64,000 bases of DNA from an uncultured Elusimicrobia bacterium (GCA_964566245.1 CAZMIB010000001.1:4777-68776); one strand, 5' to 3'. Positions 29,383 to 41,994 are shown, numbered from the stretch's first letter. The notes: generated by a model from the letters alone, not told the origin. Numbers and translations: made by a program.

Positions 29383-31729
29383 GCTGGCCGTCCTCGCGTC
29401 CGGCGAGGGAACGAACTTCCAAGCGATCGTGGACGCCGCGCGCTCCGGCTGGCTGAGCGCGCAGGTGGCCGTGCTGATCTCAAGCCGCAAGGACGCGGGC
29501 GCGCTGCGCCGCGCGCGCGAGGCGGGCATCGAGACCACGGTCCTGGAGCCGACGGCCTTCCCCACGCCCGAGGCTTACGGCGAGGCTCTCGCGAAGGCCT
29601 GCCGTGACAAAGGTGTCGATCTGATCTGCCTCGCGGGCTATCTGCCCAAACTGCCCGACGCGGTGCTCAAGGCCTTCCCGGGAAAGGTGCTGAACATCCA
29701 TCCGGGGCTTTTGCCCGCCTTCGGCGGCAAGGGCATGTACGGGCGCAAGGTCCACGAGGCCGTGATCGCGGCGGGGGCCAAGGTCACCGGCTGCACGGTG
29801 CACATCGTCGACGAGGAATACGATCACGGGCCGATCGTGCTTCAAGCCACGGTCCCGGTCGCGGACGGCGACACGCCGGAGACGCTGGCCGCGCGCGTCC
29901 TCGAGGTCGAGCACCACCTTTATCCGAAAGCCGTGAAGCTGTTCTGCGAGGGGCGGGTTCACCTTGAAGGCCGGATGGTCCGCATAAAACCCGAGACAGC
30001 CAAGTCCGGCCAGGTGCGCCGCGCGCTGATCTCGGTCTCGGACAAGACCGGCGTCATCGAGCTGGCGCGCGAGCTGGCACGGCTGGGCGTCGAGCTGGTT
30101 TCGACCGGCGGCACCGCGAAGGCTCTCGCCGCGGCGGGACTGTACGTGCGCCCGCTCGGCACGATGACCCACTGGCCCGAGATGTTCGGGGGGCGCGTGA
30201 AAACCCTTCACCCCGCGGTGCACGGCGGCATCCTGTTTCGGCGCGACGATCCGGAGCACGCGCGTGAGGCGGCCCAGCACATGATCGAGCCGATCGATCT
30301 GGTGGTGGTGAACCTGTACCCGTTCGCGGAGGCCGCGAAGAAGCACCGCGCTTTCGAGCCCGAGCTGATCGAGGAGATCGACATCGGCGGGCCGACCCTC
30401 GTTCGCGGCACGGCGAAGAACTGCGACTCGGTGGCCATCGTCACGAGCCCGGCCGACTATGGGGCCGTCGTCGAGGAGCTGAAGTCGAAGGGCGAGCTGT
30501 CGCTGGAGACGCGAAGGAATCTGGCGAGGAAGGCGTTTCAGTCGACCGCCGCGTACGACGCCGAGATCGCGCGGGCCCTCTCCACGGCCGCCGATGGGGC
30601 GCGCTTCCCGGCCGCGTTGGACCTGCGCCTCGACAAGGTGCAGGACCTGCGCTACGGCGAGAACCCGCATCAAGCCGGCGCGCTCTACCGTGTCAGCGGA
30701 TCGGAACGGCCGTTCGAGCAGCTCCAGGGAAAGGAGCTCTCGTATAACAATCTGCTCGATGCCGAGGGGGCTTGGGGACTCGTCCAAGAGTTGGACGGCC
30801 CGGCCGCGGTGATCTTCAAGCACGTCACCCCCTGCGGCGCCGGCGCCGGACGGACCATCGTCGAGGCCTACCGCCGCGCCTGGGAGGCCGACGGCGTCTG
30901 CGCCTTCGGCGGCATCCTCGCGCTGAACCGCCCGCTCGATGCCGAGGTGGCGAAGGCGATCGGGGAGTTTTTCCTAGAGGTCATCGTCGCGCCGGAATTC
31001 ACCCCCGAGGCGCGCGAGTTGCTGCAACGAAAGAAGAACCTGCGCCTCCTGGAGCGTCGCCCCGGCGAGGCCGCTGCGCTGGAGTACCGCGTGGTGGGGA
31101 CGGAGGTGCTGGTTCAAGAACCGGATAAGGCCTTGTGGGCTGCGCAGAACCCCTCACCCCCACCCTCTCCCACAAGTGGGAGAGGGAGCTCCTTGGGAGT
31201 TCTCCGGCACCAGGTCTCCCTCGCCCCGCGTCAGCGGGGACGGGGGGAGCCCGGTGGGCTCCCCCACGAGCCTGGCCGTGGAGGGGGGCGGCTGGGAAAG
31301 GATGAGGGTGGGGGTGAGGGGGCGGATCTCTGGAAAGTCGTCACGCGCCGCGCGCCCACGCCGGAGGAATCCGAAGCCCTTCGCTTCGCCTGGCCGGTCT
31401 CGAAATACACCCGCTCCAACGCGATCGTGGTCGCGACGTCCGTTCAGACGCTCGGCATCGGCGCCGGGCAGATGTCGCGCGTCGACGCGGTGCAGGTCGC
31501 GGCGATGAAGCTCGCGCAGTACGCGCAGCGCAAGCCGATCCCGGCGACTCTCGCCGCGGCCTCGGATGCCTTCTTCCCGTTCCGCGACGGCATCGACGAA
31601 TTGGCTAAACTGAACGTGACGGCGATCGCCCAACCCGGCGGCTCGGTGCGCGACGAGGAAACGATCAAGGCCGCCGACGAGCGCGGCATGGCGATGGTAT
31701 TCACGGGGATGCGGCATTTCAGGCATTGA
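29375..31729 (+). CDS. purH: Fused PurN-PurH protein (784 aa): GAR formyltransferase (PurN-like, ~aa 1-200) joined to bifunctional AICAR formyltransferase/IMP cyclohydrolase. Carries an in-frame 173-bp palindromic-element insertion.
   Basis: The N-terminus [16 protein letters not shown]...[12 protein letters not shown]...[16 protein letters not shown] is PurN. ...[11 protein letters not shown]...LYPF... is the PurH MGS-like domain. There is no stop between them. The start is GTG 29375. Confidence 0.8.
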   Translation: MAKLAVLASGEGTNFQAIVDAARSGWLSAQVAVLISSRKDAGALRRAREAGIETTVLEPTAFPTPEAYGEALAKACRDKGVDLICLAGYLPKLPDAVLKAFPGKVLNIHPGLLPAFGGKGMYGRKVHEAVIAAGAKVTGCTVHIVDEEYDHGPIVLQATVPVADGDTPETLAARVLEVEHHLYPKAVKLFCEGRVHLEGRMVRIKPETAKSGQVRRALISVSDKTGVIELARELARLGVELVSTGGTAKALAAAGLYVRPLGTMTHWPEMFGGRVKTLHPAVHGGILFRRDDPEHAREAAQHMIEPIDLVVVNLYPFAEAAKKHRAFEPELIEEIDIGGPTLVRGTAKNCDSVAIVTSPADYGAVVEELKSKGELSLETRRNLARKAFQSTAAYDAEIARALSTAADGARFPAALDLRLDKVQDLRYGENPHQAGALYRVSGSERPFEQLQGKELSYNNLLDAEGAWGLVQELDGPAAVIFKHVTPCGAGAGRTIVEAYRRAWEADGVCAFGGILALNRPLDAEVAKAIGEFFLEVIVAPEFTPEARELLQRKKNLRLLERRPGEAAALEYRVVGTEVLVQEPDKALWAAQNPSPPPSPTSGRGSSLGVLRHQVSLAPRQRGRGEPGGLPHEPGRGGGRLGKDEGGGEGADLWKVVTRRAPTPEESEALRFAWPVSKYTRSNAIVVATSVQTLGIGAGQMSRVDAVQVAAMKLAQYAQRKPIPATLAAASDAFFPFRDGIDELAKLNVTAIAQPGGSVRDEETIKAADERGMAMVFTGMRHFRH
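31150..31322. repeat. Full-length (~173 bp) GC-rich palindromic/MITE-like element. Its terminal inverted repeats are CCCTCACCCCCACCCTC ... GAGGGTGGGGGTGAGGG, and it has internal hairpins (CCCTCTCCC-ACAAGT-GGGAGAGGG; GGGAGCCC-GGT-GGGCTCCC). Inserted in frame in purH, where it encodes about 58 extra residues.
   Basis: Direct read of both ends and the internal perfect hairpins. The translation [14 protein letters not shown]...GGGEGADLW interrupts an otherwise PurH-like sequence. Confidence 0.8.
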
Positions 31730-31775
31730 GTATTATTTATTGATAAGTAAAGTGTCTGAAAATCGAAGGGAATTC

Positions 31776-32318
31776 ATGGAAAATAAAAGAGCGACGCGCT
31801 GGTTGGTGCCTCACGGCGAAACGCTAGAGGAGCGCATCTACCTCGTTCGTGGACGCAGGGTCATGCTCAGCACGGATTTGGCCGAGCTCTATGGAGTAAA
31901 GCCCAAGGCGCTCGTGCAGGCCGTAAAGAGGAACACGGCGCGGTTCCCCGCGGATTTCATGTTCCGCTTGACGGCCAAGGAGGCCGGTTCTTTAAGGTCA
32001 CAAATTGTGACCTTAAAGAGGGGTGCGCATCGTAAGTATCCGCCGTATGCTTTCACCGAGCAGGGTGTCGCTATGCTCTCGGGCGTATTGCGCAGTCGGA
32101 GGGCTGTCCAAGTCAATGTAGCTATCATGCGGACATTCGTCAAACTTCGAGAGACATTGTCATTGCATAAGCAGCTTGCAGTGAGGCTTGATGACTTGGA
32201 AAGAAAAATAATGGAGCATGACGGCCAAATTCAAAGCGTTTTCGATGCGATCAGACAGCTTATGGAGCCGCCGGAGAAGGATAGTTTGAAGATTGGTTTT
32301 CGGCTTGAGGGGCGGTAG
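31776..32318 (+). CDS. ORF6N-domain DNA-binding protein, encoded in a low-GC insertion
   Basis: RVMLSTDLAELYGVKPKALVQAVKRNTARFPADFMFRLTAKE...YAFTEQGVAMLSGVL matches the ORF6N/KilA-N-type domain. Local GC is clearly lower than in the flanks. Confidence 0.6.
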   Translation: MENKRATRWLVPHGETLEERIYLVRGRRVMLSTDLAELYGVKPKALVQAVKRNTARFPADFMFRLTAKEAGSLRSQIVTLKRGAHRKYPPYAFTEQGVAMLSGVLRSRRAVQVNVAIMRTFVKLRETLSLHKQLAVRLDDLERKIMEHDGQIQSVFDAIRQLMEPPEKDSLKIGFRLEGR

Positions 32319-32360
32319 CATGGATTTGCAGGGCAGCCGACCTTGGATCGGAGACGATTT

Positions 32361-33518
32361 ATGAACAGGCTCGCGGCGTTGGCGATGGAGGATGGGACGG
32401 TTCTTTTCGGCGAGGCTTGCGGGGCCGAGGGGGAACGCACCGGGGAGCTTGTTTTTAATACGTCGCTGACCGGCTATCAAGAGGTGCTGACCGATCCTTC
32501 CTATAAAGGGCAGATCGTCGTGATGACGTATCCGCATATCGGCAACTATGGCGTGACGCGGGAGGATATGGAGGCGCCTAATCCCGCGGCCGAGGGGCTC
32601 GTGGTGCGGGAGAGCAATCGAGTTTACTCCAACTGGCAGGCTGTCGAAGGATTAGAGTCATTCCTCAAGAGGTACAGCCTCGTCGCGATTTCCGATGTCG
32701 ATACGCGGCATCTCGCGACCTTGCTGCGGCAGAAGGGGGCGATGCGGGCCGTCGTGTCCACGTTGGACATGGACAAGCGGCGGCTCGTGAAGAAGGCGCG
32801 CGAGGCGCCTTCGATGGCGGGGCTCGATCTGACGGGGCGCGTCACGTGCCGGAAGACGTATGTTTACTCCGAGGGGCCCGTGGCAGGTCCGAGGCCCGCT
32901 ACTCCGGCGTTGCCGACGCCGCATGTGGTCGCGGTCGATTACGGCGTGAAGCTGGGAATCCTCAGGCAGCTCGCGGCGATCGGGGCGCGCGTCACCGTCG
33001 TGCCGGCGCATGCGACCGCGGATGAGATCAAGGCGCTCAATCCGGATGGACTTTTGCTCTCCAACGGGCCGGGCGATCCGGAGCCGGTGAGGCACGCGAT
33101 CGAGACGATCAAGCGGACTTTGGAGTGGGAGCTGCCGACCTTCGGCATCTGCCTGGGCCACCAACTGCTCGGGCTGGCGCTCGGCGGCAGGACGTACAAG
33201 CTCAAGTTCGGCCATCGCGGGGCGAACCATCCGGTGAAGGACCTCGACACCGGCAAGATCGAGATCTCGACGCACAACCACGGCTTCGCGGTCGATGAGC
33301 GGAAATTGCCGCGCGAGCTGAAGCCGACCTACGTCAATTTGAACGACAAGACGCTGGAAGGAATGGCGCACACCCAGCTTCCGGTGTTCTCGGTGCAGTT
33401 CCACCCGGAGGCCTCGGGCGGGCCGCACGACAGCCGGCACCTCTTCATGAGGTTCCGCGACATGATGCTCAAGCGCATGGGCGCCCTGGCGGGCGCGGGA
33501 GAGACCCTTGGCCGATAA
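32361..33518 (+). CDS. carA: Carbamoyl-phosphate synthase small (glutaminase) subunit
   Basis: LVFNTSLTGYQEVLTDPSYKGQIVVMTYPHIGNYG...GICLGHQLL... Confidence 0.9.
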   Translation: MNRLAALAMEDGTVLFGEACGAEGERTGELVFNTSLTGYQEVLTDPSYKGQIVVMTYPHIGNYGVTREDMEAPNPAAEGLVVRESNRVYSNWQAVEGLESFLKRYSLVAISDVDTRHLATLLRQKGAMRAVVSTLDMDKRRLVKKAREAPSMAGLDLTGRVTCRKTYVYSEGPVAGPRPATPALPTPHVVAVDYGVKLGILRQLAAIGARVTVVPAHATADEIKALNPDGLLLSNGPGDPEPVRHAIETIKRTLEWELPTFGICLGHQLLGLALGGRTYKLKFGHRGANHPVKDLDTGKIEISTHNHGFAVDERKLPRELKPTYVNLNDKTLEGMAHTQLPVFSVQFHPEASGGPHDSRHLFMRFRDMMLKRMGALAGAGETLGR

Positions 33519-33972
33519 GAACGACAAGACCCGCAGGCTCATCGTCACCGACATCGAGCGCCAATGGCTGTCCAGGGTGCTCGAGATCAATTTCCAGGGG
33601 CCCTCGGCCGACGATTTGAAGGCGCTGCTGCCCTCGCTGACGCGCGAGAGCTTCGCGAAGGGCGAGGCCATCGTTCAGGAGGGCTCGGACGGGACCGACG
33701 TGTTCTTCCTTCATAAGGGCCTGGCGCTGGTGACGAAGAAGAAGTTCATCGGCGCCCGCAACGTCGTGAAGCTCAAGCCGGGAGAGGTGTTCGGCGAGGT
33801 GGGATCCTTGGTTCACGCCGAGCGCTCGGCCAGCGTCGTCGCGGACGACGCCGTCGAGGTGCTGCGCGTCCCGTGCAAGGAGTTCCAGGCCTTGCTGGAG
33901 AAGCATCCGCAGCTCGAGGCTTACTTTCAGACGGTGGCGCGGCAGAGGATGCAGGAGTTGGCGGGGGGGTAG
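33508..33972 (+). CDS. Stand-alone cyclic nucleotide-binding (CAP effector-like) domain protein
   Basis: FAKGEAIVQEGSDGTDVFFLHKGLALVTKK...GEVFGEVGSLVHAERSASVVA is the cNMP-binding fold signature (FGE...RSA). Confidence 0.65.
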   Translation: MADKNDKTRRLIVTDIERQWLSRVLEINFQGPSADDLKALLPSLTRESFAKGEAIVQEGSDGTDVFFLHKGLALVTKKKFIGARNVVKLKPGEVFGEVGSLVHAERSASVVADDAVEVLRVPCKEFQALLEKHPQLEAYFQTVARQRMQELAGG

Positions 33973-33974
33973 GC

Positions 33975-34027
33975 ACCCTCACCCCCACCCTCTCCCGCAA
34001 GCGGGAGAGGGCGAGGGGGAGGGGGAG
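33975..34027. repeat. GC-rich palindromic element copy (CACCCTCACCCCCACCCTCTCCCGCAAGCGGGAGAGGGCGAGGGGGAGGGGGAG), intergenic upstream of carB
   Basis: Direct read. Confidence 0.8.
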
Positions 34028-34038
34028 TCTGGGGAGAT

Positions 34039-37284
<3,246 letters not shown>

Positions 37285-37294
37285 ACCGGTTGGC

Positions 37295-38260
37295 ATGAAA
37301 GCCATCCTGGTACGCGCCCACGGCGGGCCCGAGGTCCTGCGTCTGGAGGAAGCCCCCGATCCGCAGCCCGGCCCCGGCCAGGTGATGGTGCGCCTGGAGG
37401 CCGTCGGCGTCAACTTCGTCGACGTCTACTTCCGGATGGGCCTGTACCCCTCGCCGACCCCGTACATCCCCGGCTCCGAGGGAGCCGGGGTGGTGGAGGC
37501 CGTCGGCCCACGCGTCACCAGCTTTAAGCGCGGCGAGCGCGTCGCCTACGCCGGCGTGCCGGGCGCCTACGCCCAGTACGCGGTGATCCCGGCCGAGCGG
37601 TTGGTCAAAGTCCCCAAGGGCATGGACGGCAAGACGGCCGCGGCCGCGATGCTGCAGGGCATGACGGCCCACTACCTGACGCACGCCACCTACCCGCTCA
37701 AGAAAGGCGACTTCTGCCTGGTGCACGCGGCGGCCGGCGGCGTGGGGCTATTGATCTGCCAGATGGCCAAGCGCCGCGGCGCGAAGGTGATCGGCACCGT
37801 CTCGACCGAGGAGAAGGCCCGCCAGGCCCGCGAGGCCGGCGCCGACGACGTGATCCTCTACTCGAAACAGGACTTCGAGGCCGAGGTGAAGCGGATCACG
37901 AAGAACAAGGGCGTGCAGGTGGTCTACGACTCGGTCGGCAAGGCGACCTTCCAGAAAAGCCTCAACTGCCTGGCGACGCGCGGCGTGATCGCCCTGTTCG
38001 GCCAATCGAGCGGGATGGTGCCGCCGCTCGATCTGCTGCTGCTAAGGCGCGGCTCCCTGTTCCTGACGCGTCCCAACCTGGCCGACTACATCGCGACCCG
38101 CGAAGAGCTATTGGAGCGCGCCACCGCCGTCCTGAACGCCGTGAAGACCGGCAAGCTGAAACTGAAAATCGGCCTGACCTTGCCCCTCTCCGAAGCCTCC
38201 CAAGCCCACCACCGGCTGGAAGGCCGACAAACGACCGGAAAAGCGCTCCTGATCCCGTAG
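37295..38260 (+). CDS. NADPH:quinone oxidoreductase / zeta-crystallin-family MDR dehydrogenase
   Basis: MKAILV...GGPEVL...VGVNFVDVY...AAGGVGLLICQMAK pattern. Confidence 0.8.
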   Translation: MKAILVRAHGGPEVLRLEEAPDPQPGPGQVMVRLEAVGVNFVDVYFRMGLYPSPTPYIPGSEGAGVVEAVGPRVTSFKRGERVAYAGVPGAYAQYAVIPAERLVKVPKGMDGKTAAAAMLQGMTAHYLTHATYPLKKGDFCLVHAAAGGVGLLICQMAKRRGAKVIGTVSTEEKARQAREAGADDVILYSKQDFEAEVKRITKNKGVQVVYDSVGKATFQKSLNCLATRGVIALFGQSSGMVPPLDLLLLRRGSLFLTRPNLADYIATREELLERATAVLNAVKTGKLKLKIGLTLPLSEASQAHHRLEGRQTTGKALLIP

Positions 38261-38262
38261 AC

Positions 38263-38673
38263 TTACGCAGCGTCGCGGAACAAGCCTAGAAAGGCTCGGG
38301 GTTCCAGCACGCGCATGCCTTGCCGCTTGTCCGGGGGGTAGTGGCGGATATTCCCGGTGACTAGCGCCTGGGCGCCGGCGGCCAGCGCGATTTCGAGAAA
38401 GGCCTCGTCCTCGGAATCAGGCAGCGCCTTGGCCAGCGGCATGGGGGCGACGAGGCGTCCGCCGGTCTTTATTTGCTCCAGCAGGACCGAGACTTCTTCG
38501 GGGTCAAAACCAAACTTTGGACGGGAGAGCACCTCCCGGTACTCGGCGAGTATTCTGCCGTCATAACAGAGCTCTGAAATCCCGGAGGCCGCCAACTGGA
38601 CGACCTCGCCGGGCGCTCCATAAGGCGAGAGCAAGCCTGAGACGAGGACGTTGGTGTCGAGGACGACTCTCAC
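38263..38673 (-). CDS. PIN-domain toxin (VapC-like)
   Basis: MRVVLDTNVLVSGL... with conserved acidic residues (D6, E..., D...). Confidence 0.7.
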   Translation of the reverse strand: MRVVLDTNVLVSGLLSPYGAPGEVVQLAASGISELCYDGRILAEYREVLSRPKFGFDPEEVSVLLEQIKTGGRLVAPMPLAKALPDSEDEAFLEIALAAGAQALVTGNIRHYPPDKRQGMRVLEPRAFLGLFRDAA

Positions 38674-38960
38674 CGGGAGCGGCGGCGGCGACGTGACGCG
38701 GCGATCTCGGCGTTAATCTCCTCCCCGCTGATCCGGTCCTTTCCGCGCTCCAGAGAACGCTGCTGGAGGGCCGCGACGGCCGCGACGGCCTTGGCTCGGC
38801 GAATGGCGGCCAGCGACTCCTCCCAGGTCGACTCGCTGACCGAGGAAATAATCGCGAGGGGCTTGCCGTTTGACGTAATGATCATCTCCCGCTCCTCCGC
38901 GAGTCGCCGCCAAACCTCGGCCGAACGCCCTCGCAGGTCGCGCACCGTGACAAAGCGCAT
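38670..38960 (-). CDS. Antitoxin (Phd/YefM-like) partner of the PIN toxin
   Basis: Small ORF overlapping the toxin start by 4 nt; MRFVTVRDLRGRSAEVWRRLAEEREMIITSNGKPLAIIS resembles the Phd/YefM N-terminus. Confidence 0.6.
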   Translation of the reverse strand: MRFVTVRDLRGRSAEVWRRLAEEREMIITSNGKPLAIISSVSESTWEESLAAIRRAKAVAAVAALQQRSLERGKDRISGEEINAEIAASRRRRRSR

Positions 38961-38995
38961 GGCATCCTCCTGTCACGCGATAGTGTATACGATCG

Positions 38996-40495
38996 TCACT
39001 CATTTGTCAACGCCATGTCGTGCCGCAGCGCCTGGGGCACCACGGCCCATTCCAGCAGATCAAAGAGCGCGTGCAGGGCAAGGGCCAGCAGGGCGGCGGG
39101 GATGGCGCCGGTGAGGATCATGCGGGTGTCGTTGAGGGCCAGGCCGGCGACGATGGGGACGCCGTAGCCGCCGGCGCCGATCAGCGCGGCGAGCGTCGCG
39201 GTGCCGACGCCGACGATCGCGGAGGTGCGTATCCCGCCCAGGATGCTGACCGAGGCCAGCGGCAGCTCCACGTGACGCAGGCGCTGCGCCTCGCTCAGGC
39301 CCAGCGCCTTGGCGGATTCGATCAGCCTGGGGTCCAGCGAGGCGAGGCCGTTGCAGGTGTTCAGCACGATCGGCAGAAGGCCGTAGAGGAACAGCGCGAC
39401 CAAGGCGGGCACGGCGCCGATGCCGCAGAGCGGGATCAAAAAACACAGCAAGGCCAGCGAAGGGACGGTCTGAAGCACGCCGCTCGCGCCGAGGATCACC
39501 TTCCCCAAGCGCCGACGCCGCGCGGCCAAGACACCCAGCGGCAAGCCCACCGCCAGCGAGGCCGCGAGGGAAATCGCCAGGAGCAACAGATGCTCCTTCG
39601 TCCGGCGCAGCAGACCGCCCGCGAGGCCGTCCTCCTCCCGGTGCGGAACCGCGCGGCCCAAAAAGCCGGCGGCGATCGCGCCGAAGTCGCGCTTCTCCAG
39701 GTCCGCCTCGGCGTTCAGCCTCGCCATCTGTCGCTCCGAAAGCCGGCCCTCCAGCGCGCGCCGCGCGGCGGCCCAGAGCTTCGGCCGGCGCCGGGCGAAG
39801 TCGCTCCGCGCGAGCAGCACCGCGTCGTAGCGCGGAAAGAAGCGCTTGTCGTCCTTCAGCACCGTCAGGTTCAGCCGCTCCAGCATCGCGTCGGTCGAGT
39901 AGACGTCGGTAATGTCCAACTCGCCGCGGCGCATGGCTTCGTAGGCCAGCGAATGCTCGACCTCGCGGATGTCTGTCAGCGCGAGGCTGTAACTTCGCGC
40001 CAGGCCCGGGTAGCCGTCCGGTCGGCGCATGAACTCGTGCGTGAAGCCGGCCTTAAGCGCTGGGGCGCGCGCCAAATCGCCGAGGCTCGTCAGCCCCAGC
40101 CGGGCGGCCGCGTCGGGGCGCGCGGCGAGCGCGTAGGTGTTGTTGAAGCCCAGCGGCTCGCCGACCACTATGCCCGCCGGGGCCAACCCCGCGCGCAGGC
40201 CCGCGAGGTCGCGCACCGAGGAATCCTTCAGCACCGTCTCGGAGATGGTGCCGGTGTACTCCGGATAGATGTCGATGTCCCCGCCGGCGAGCGCGCGGTA
40301 AAGAAAGCCCGTCCCGCCCAGGCCGAACTTGCGTATGACCACCGCCTCGCCGGTGGCCTCCAGCGATTGGGCGACGATCTCGGCCAGGATATAGCTCTCG
40401 GTGAAGGTCTTCGAGCCGACGGTGACCGTCGGCTTGTCGGCGGCCCGGGCCGGCAAAGCCAACAGGGCGGCAACCAGCGCGGCGCGGGCGCTCAT
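38996..40495 (-). CDS. Fused substrate-binding/permease protein of an osmoprotectant (glycine betaine/choline/carnitine-type) ABC transporter. The OpuBC-like SBP is N-terminal and the OpuBB-like permease is C-terminal.
   Basis: Signal peptide MSARAALVAALLALPARAADKP, then an SBP fold (KTFTESYILAEIVAQSLEATG...), then a permease with the EAA-like loop (LIESAKALGLSEAQRLRHVELPLA). There is no stop between the domains. The 820-aa ORF in the track is an upstream read-through artefact. Confidence 0.7.
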   Translation of the reverse strand: MSARAALVAALLALPARAADKPTVTVGSKTFTESYILAEIVAQSLEATGEAVVIRKFGLGGTGFLYRALAGGDIDIYPEYTGTISETVLKDSSVRDLAGLRAGLAPAGIVVGEPLGFNNTYALAARPDAAARLGLTSLGDLARAPALKAGFTHEFMRRPDGYPGLARSYSLALTDIREVEHSLAYEAMRRGELDITDVYSTDAMLERLNLTVLKDDKRFFPRYDAVLLARSDFARRRPKLWAAARRALEGRLSERQMARLNAEADLEKRDFGAIAAGFLGRAVPHREEDGLAGGLLRRTKEHLLLLAISLAASLAVGLPLGVLAARRRRLGKVILGASGVLQTVPSLALLCFLIPLCGIGAVPALVALFLYGLLPIVLNTCNGLASLDPRLIESAKALGLSEAQRLRHVELPLASVSILGGIRTSAIVGVGTATLAALIGAGGYGVPIVAGLALNDTRMILTGAIPAALLALALHALFDLLEWAVVPQALRHDMALTNE

Positions 40496-41238
40496 AAGTA
40501 GGCCCGAAGCTCCTCGGGCGGGCGCTGGGCGTTGATGAACTCGGCCACGAAGGGGCCTGCCGGCCGCTCGGCCAGGTCCGGGAAGGCGCCGTGCTGGGCG
40601 ATGACGCCGCCGTCCAGCAAGGTGACCGTGTGGCCGAAGAAGGCCGCCTCGCCGATGTCGTGCGTCACGATCACGACCGTCTTGCGCAGCGCGTTGAAGA
40701 TCCGCTTCAGCTCGCGGCGCAACGTCGTGCGCGCGATCGGGTCGAGGGCGCCGAGGGGCTCGTCCAGCAGCAAGGCGGGCGGGTCCATCATCAACGCGCG
40801 CATCAGCGCCACGCGCTGCTTCTGGCCGCCGCTCAAACGGGACGGGGGCCGCGAAAGCTCCGCCCGCCCCAGGCCGATCAATGACGCCAACGCGTCGATG
40901 CGCGCGCGGACGCGCTTCGAGTCCCAGCCGCACGTCCGCGCCGCGAGGCTTACGTTCGCCTCGGCGTCGAGGTGGGGGAACAGCCCGCCGTCCTGTATCA
41001 CGTAGCCCACGCGCCGGGCCAGACGGCGCTGGGAACGCGGCGTCACCCGCTCCCCGTCCAGCGTGATCGTGCCGGCGTCGGGCTCGATAAGCCCCAGCAT
41101 CAGCCGCAGCAAGGTGGACTTGCCGCAGCCGCTCGACCCGAGCAGCACGTGCGTCTGCCCCGCCGCGAGCCGCAAGGAAACGTTCTTCAGGACCGCCTTC
41201 GCCCCGTAGCTCTTCGTCACCCCGTCGAGCGCGATCAC
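40492..41238 (-). CDS. ABC transporter ATP-binding protein (OpuCA/OpuBA-like, no CBS domains)
   Basis: Walker A GSSGCGKST, signature LSGGQKQRV, Walker B LLLDEPLGALD. Confidence 0.85.
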   Translation of the reverse strand: MIALDGVTKSYGAKAVLKNVSLRLAAGQTHVLLGSSGCGKSTLLRLMLGLIEPDAGTITLDGERVTPRSQRRLARRVGYVIQDGGLFPHLDAEANVSLAARTCGWDSKRVRARIDALASLIGLGRAELSRPPSRLSGGQKQRVALMRALMMDPPALLLDEPLGALDPIARTTLRRELKRIFNALRKTVVIVTHDIGEAAFFGHTVTLLDGGVIAQHGAFPDLAERPAGPFVAEFINAQRPPEELRAYL

Positions 41239-41264
41239 CCGTCGAATTTATAATATCGCCGCCC

Positions 41265-41939
41265 ATGAGGAAAGTAATCGTCGGCGCCCAGGTTTCATTG
41301 GACGGCGTCATGCAGGCTCCCGGCGGACCGCAAGAAGACCCCACCGGAGGCTTCAAGTTCGGCGGCTGGGTCGCTCCGCTGGGGGACGACCCGGTTTTCG
41401 GCGAAGAGATCGGCAAAATGTTCGGCGAGCCGTTCGACTTGCTGCTCGGCCGGCGCACCTACGAAATCTTCGCCGCGTACTGGCCCTACATCGAGGCCGG
41501 GCCTTACGACTACATCGCCACCGCCTTCAACCGGGTCACCAAGTACGTCGCGACGCGCAAGGGCGTGGACTTAACTTGGAAGGGCTCGGTGGCCCTGCGC
41601 GACGCCGTCAAGGACGTCGCGAAACTGAAGCAGGAAAACGGTCCCGTCCTCCTCACTCAAGGCAGCACGGAGCTGGTGCACGCCCTGCTCGCCGCCGGCC
41701 TCGTCGACGAGATTCGCATGTTCACCTTCCCCGTGGTGCTGGGCAAGGGCAAACGGCTGTTCAACGACGCCGGCCAGCCGCGCACCTTCAAAATGACGCA
41801 CGGCGCCGTCTCCCCGAACGGCCTCATCGCCGCGACCTACGCGCGCGCCGGCGAAGTGAAAACCGCCACCGTCGGCGGCGAGGTCAAACCCTCCCCGGCC
41901 GAGTTGACCCGCCGCGAGAAACTGAACCGCGAAGGCTAG
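41265..41939 (+). CDS. Dihydrofolate reductase-family (RibD C-terminal domain, YwjB-like) protein
   Basis: MRKVIVGAQVSLDGVMQAPGGP...LLLGRRTYE...LTQGSTELVHALL pattern. Confidence 0.65.
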   Translation: MRKVIVGAQVSLDGVMQAPGGPQEDPTGGFKFGGWVAPLGDDPVFGEEIGKMFGEPFDLLLGRRTYEIFAAYWPYIEAGPYDYIATAFNRVTKYVATRKGVDLTWKGSVALRDAVKDVAKLKQENGPVLLTQGSTELVHALLAAGLVDEIRMFTFPVVLGKGKRLFNDAGQPRTFKMTHGAVSPNGLIAATYARAGEVKTATVGGEVKPSPAELTRREKLNREG

Positions 41940-41945
41940 CCGGCA

Positions 41946-41990
41946 AGAACTACTCAGTACGCTGAGTAAATTTACTCAGCGTACTGAGTA
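41946..41990. promoter_or_regulatory. AT-rich inverted-repeat pair (TACTCAGTACGCTGAGTAA ATT TACTCAGCGTACTGAGTAAAAAA) immediately upstream of the HxlR-family gene. Candidate operator, or a bidirectional terminator.
   Basis: Direct read: the two 19-mers are exact reverse complements of each other, and each is internally near-palindromic. Confidence 0.45.
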
Positions 41991-41994
41991 AAAA

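Noticed and set aside
38996-41458. 820-aa minus-strand ORF in the track
   Set aside because: The real CDS starts at the Met at 40495 (signal peptide MSARAALVAALLALPARA), which overlaps the stop of the ATPase gene. The upstream 320 codons merely read through the ATPase gene in another frame.
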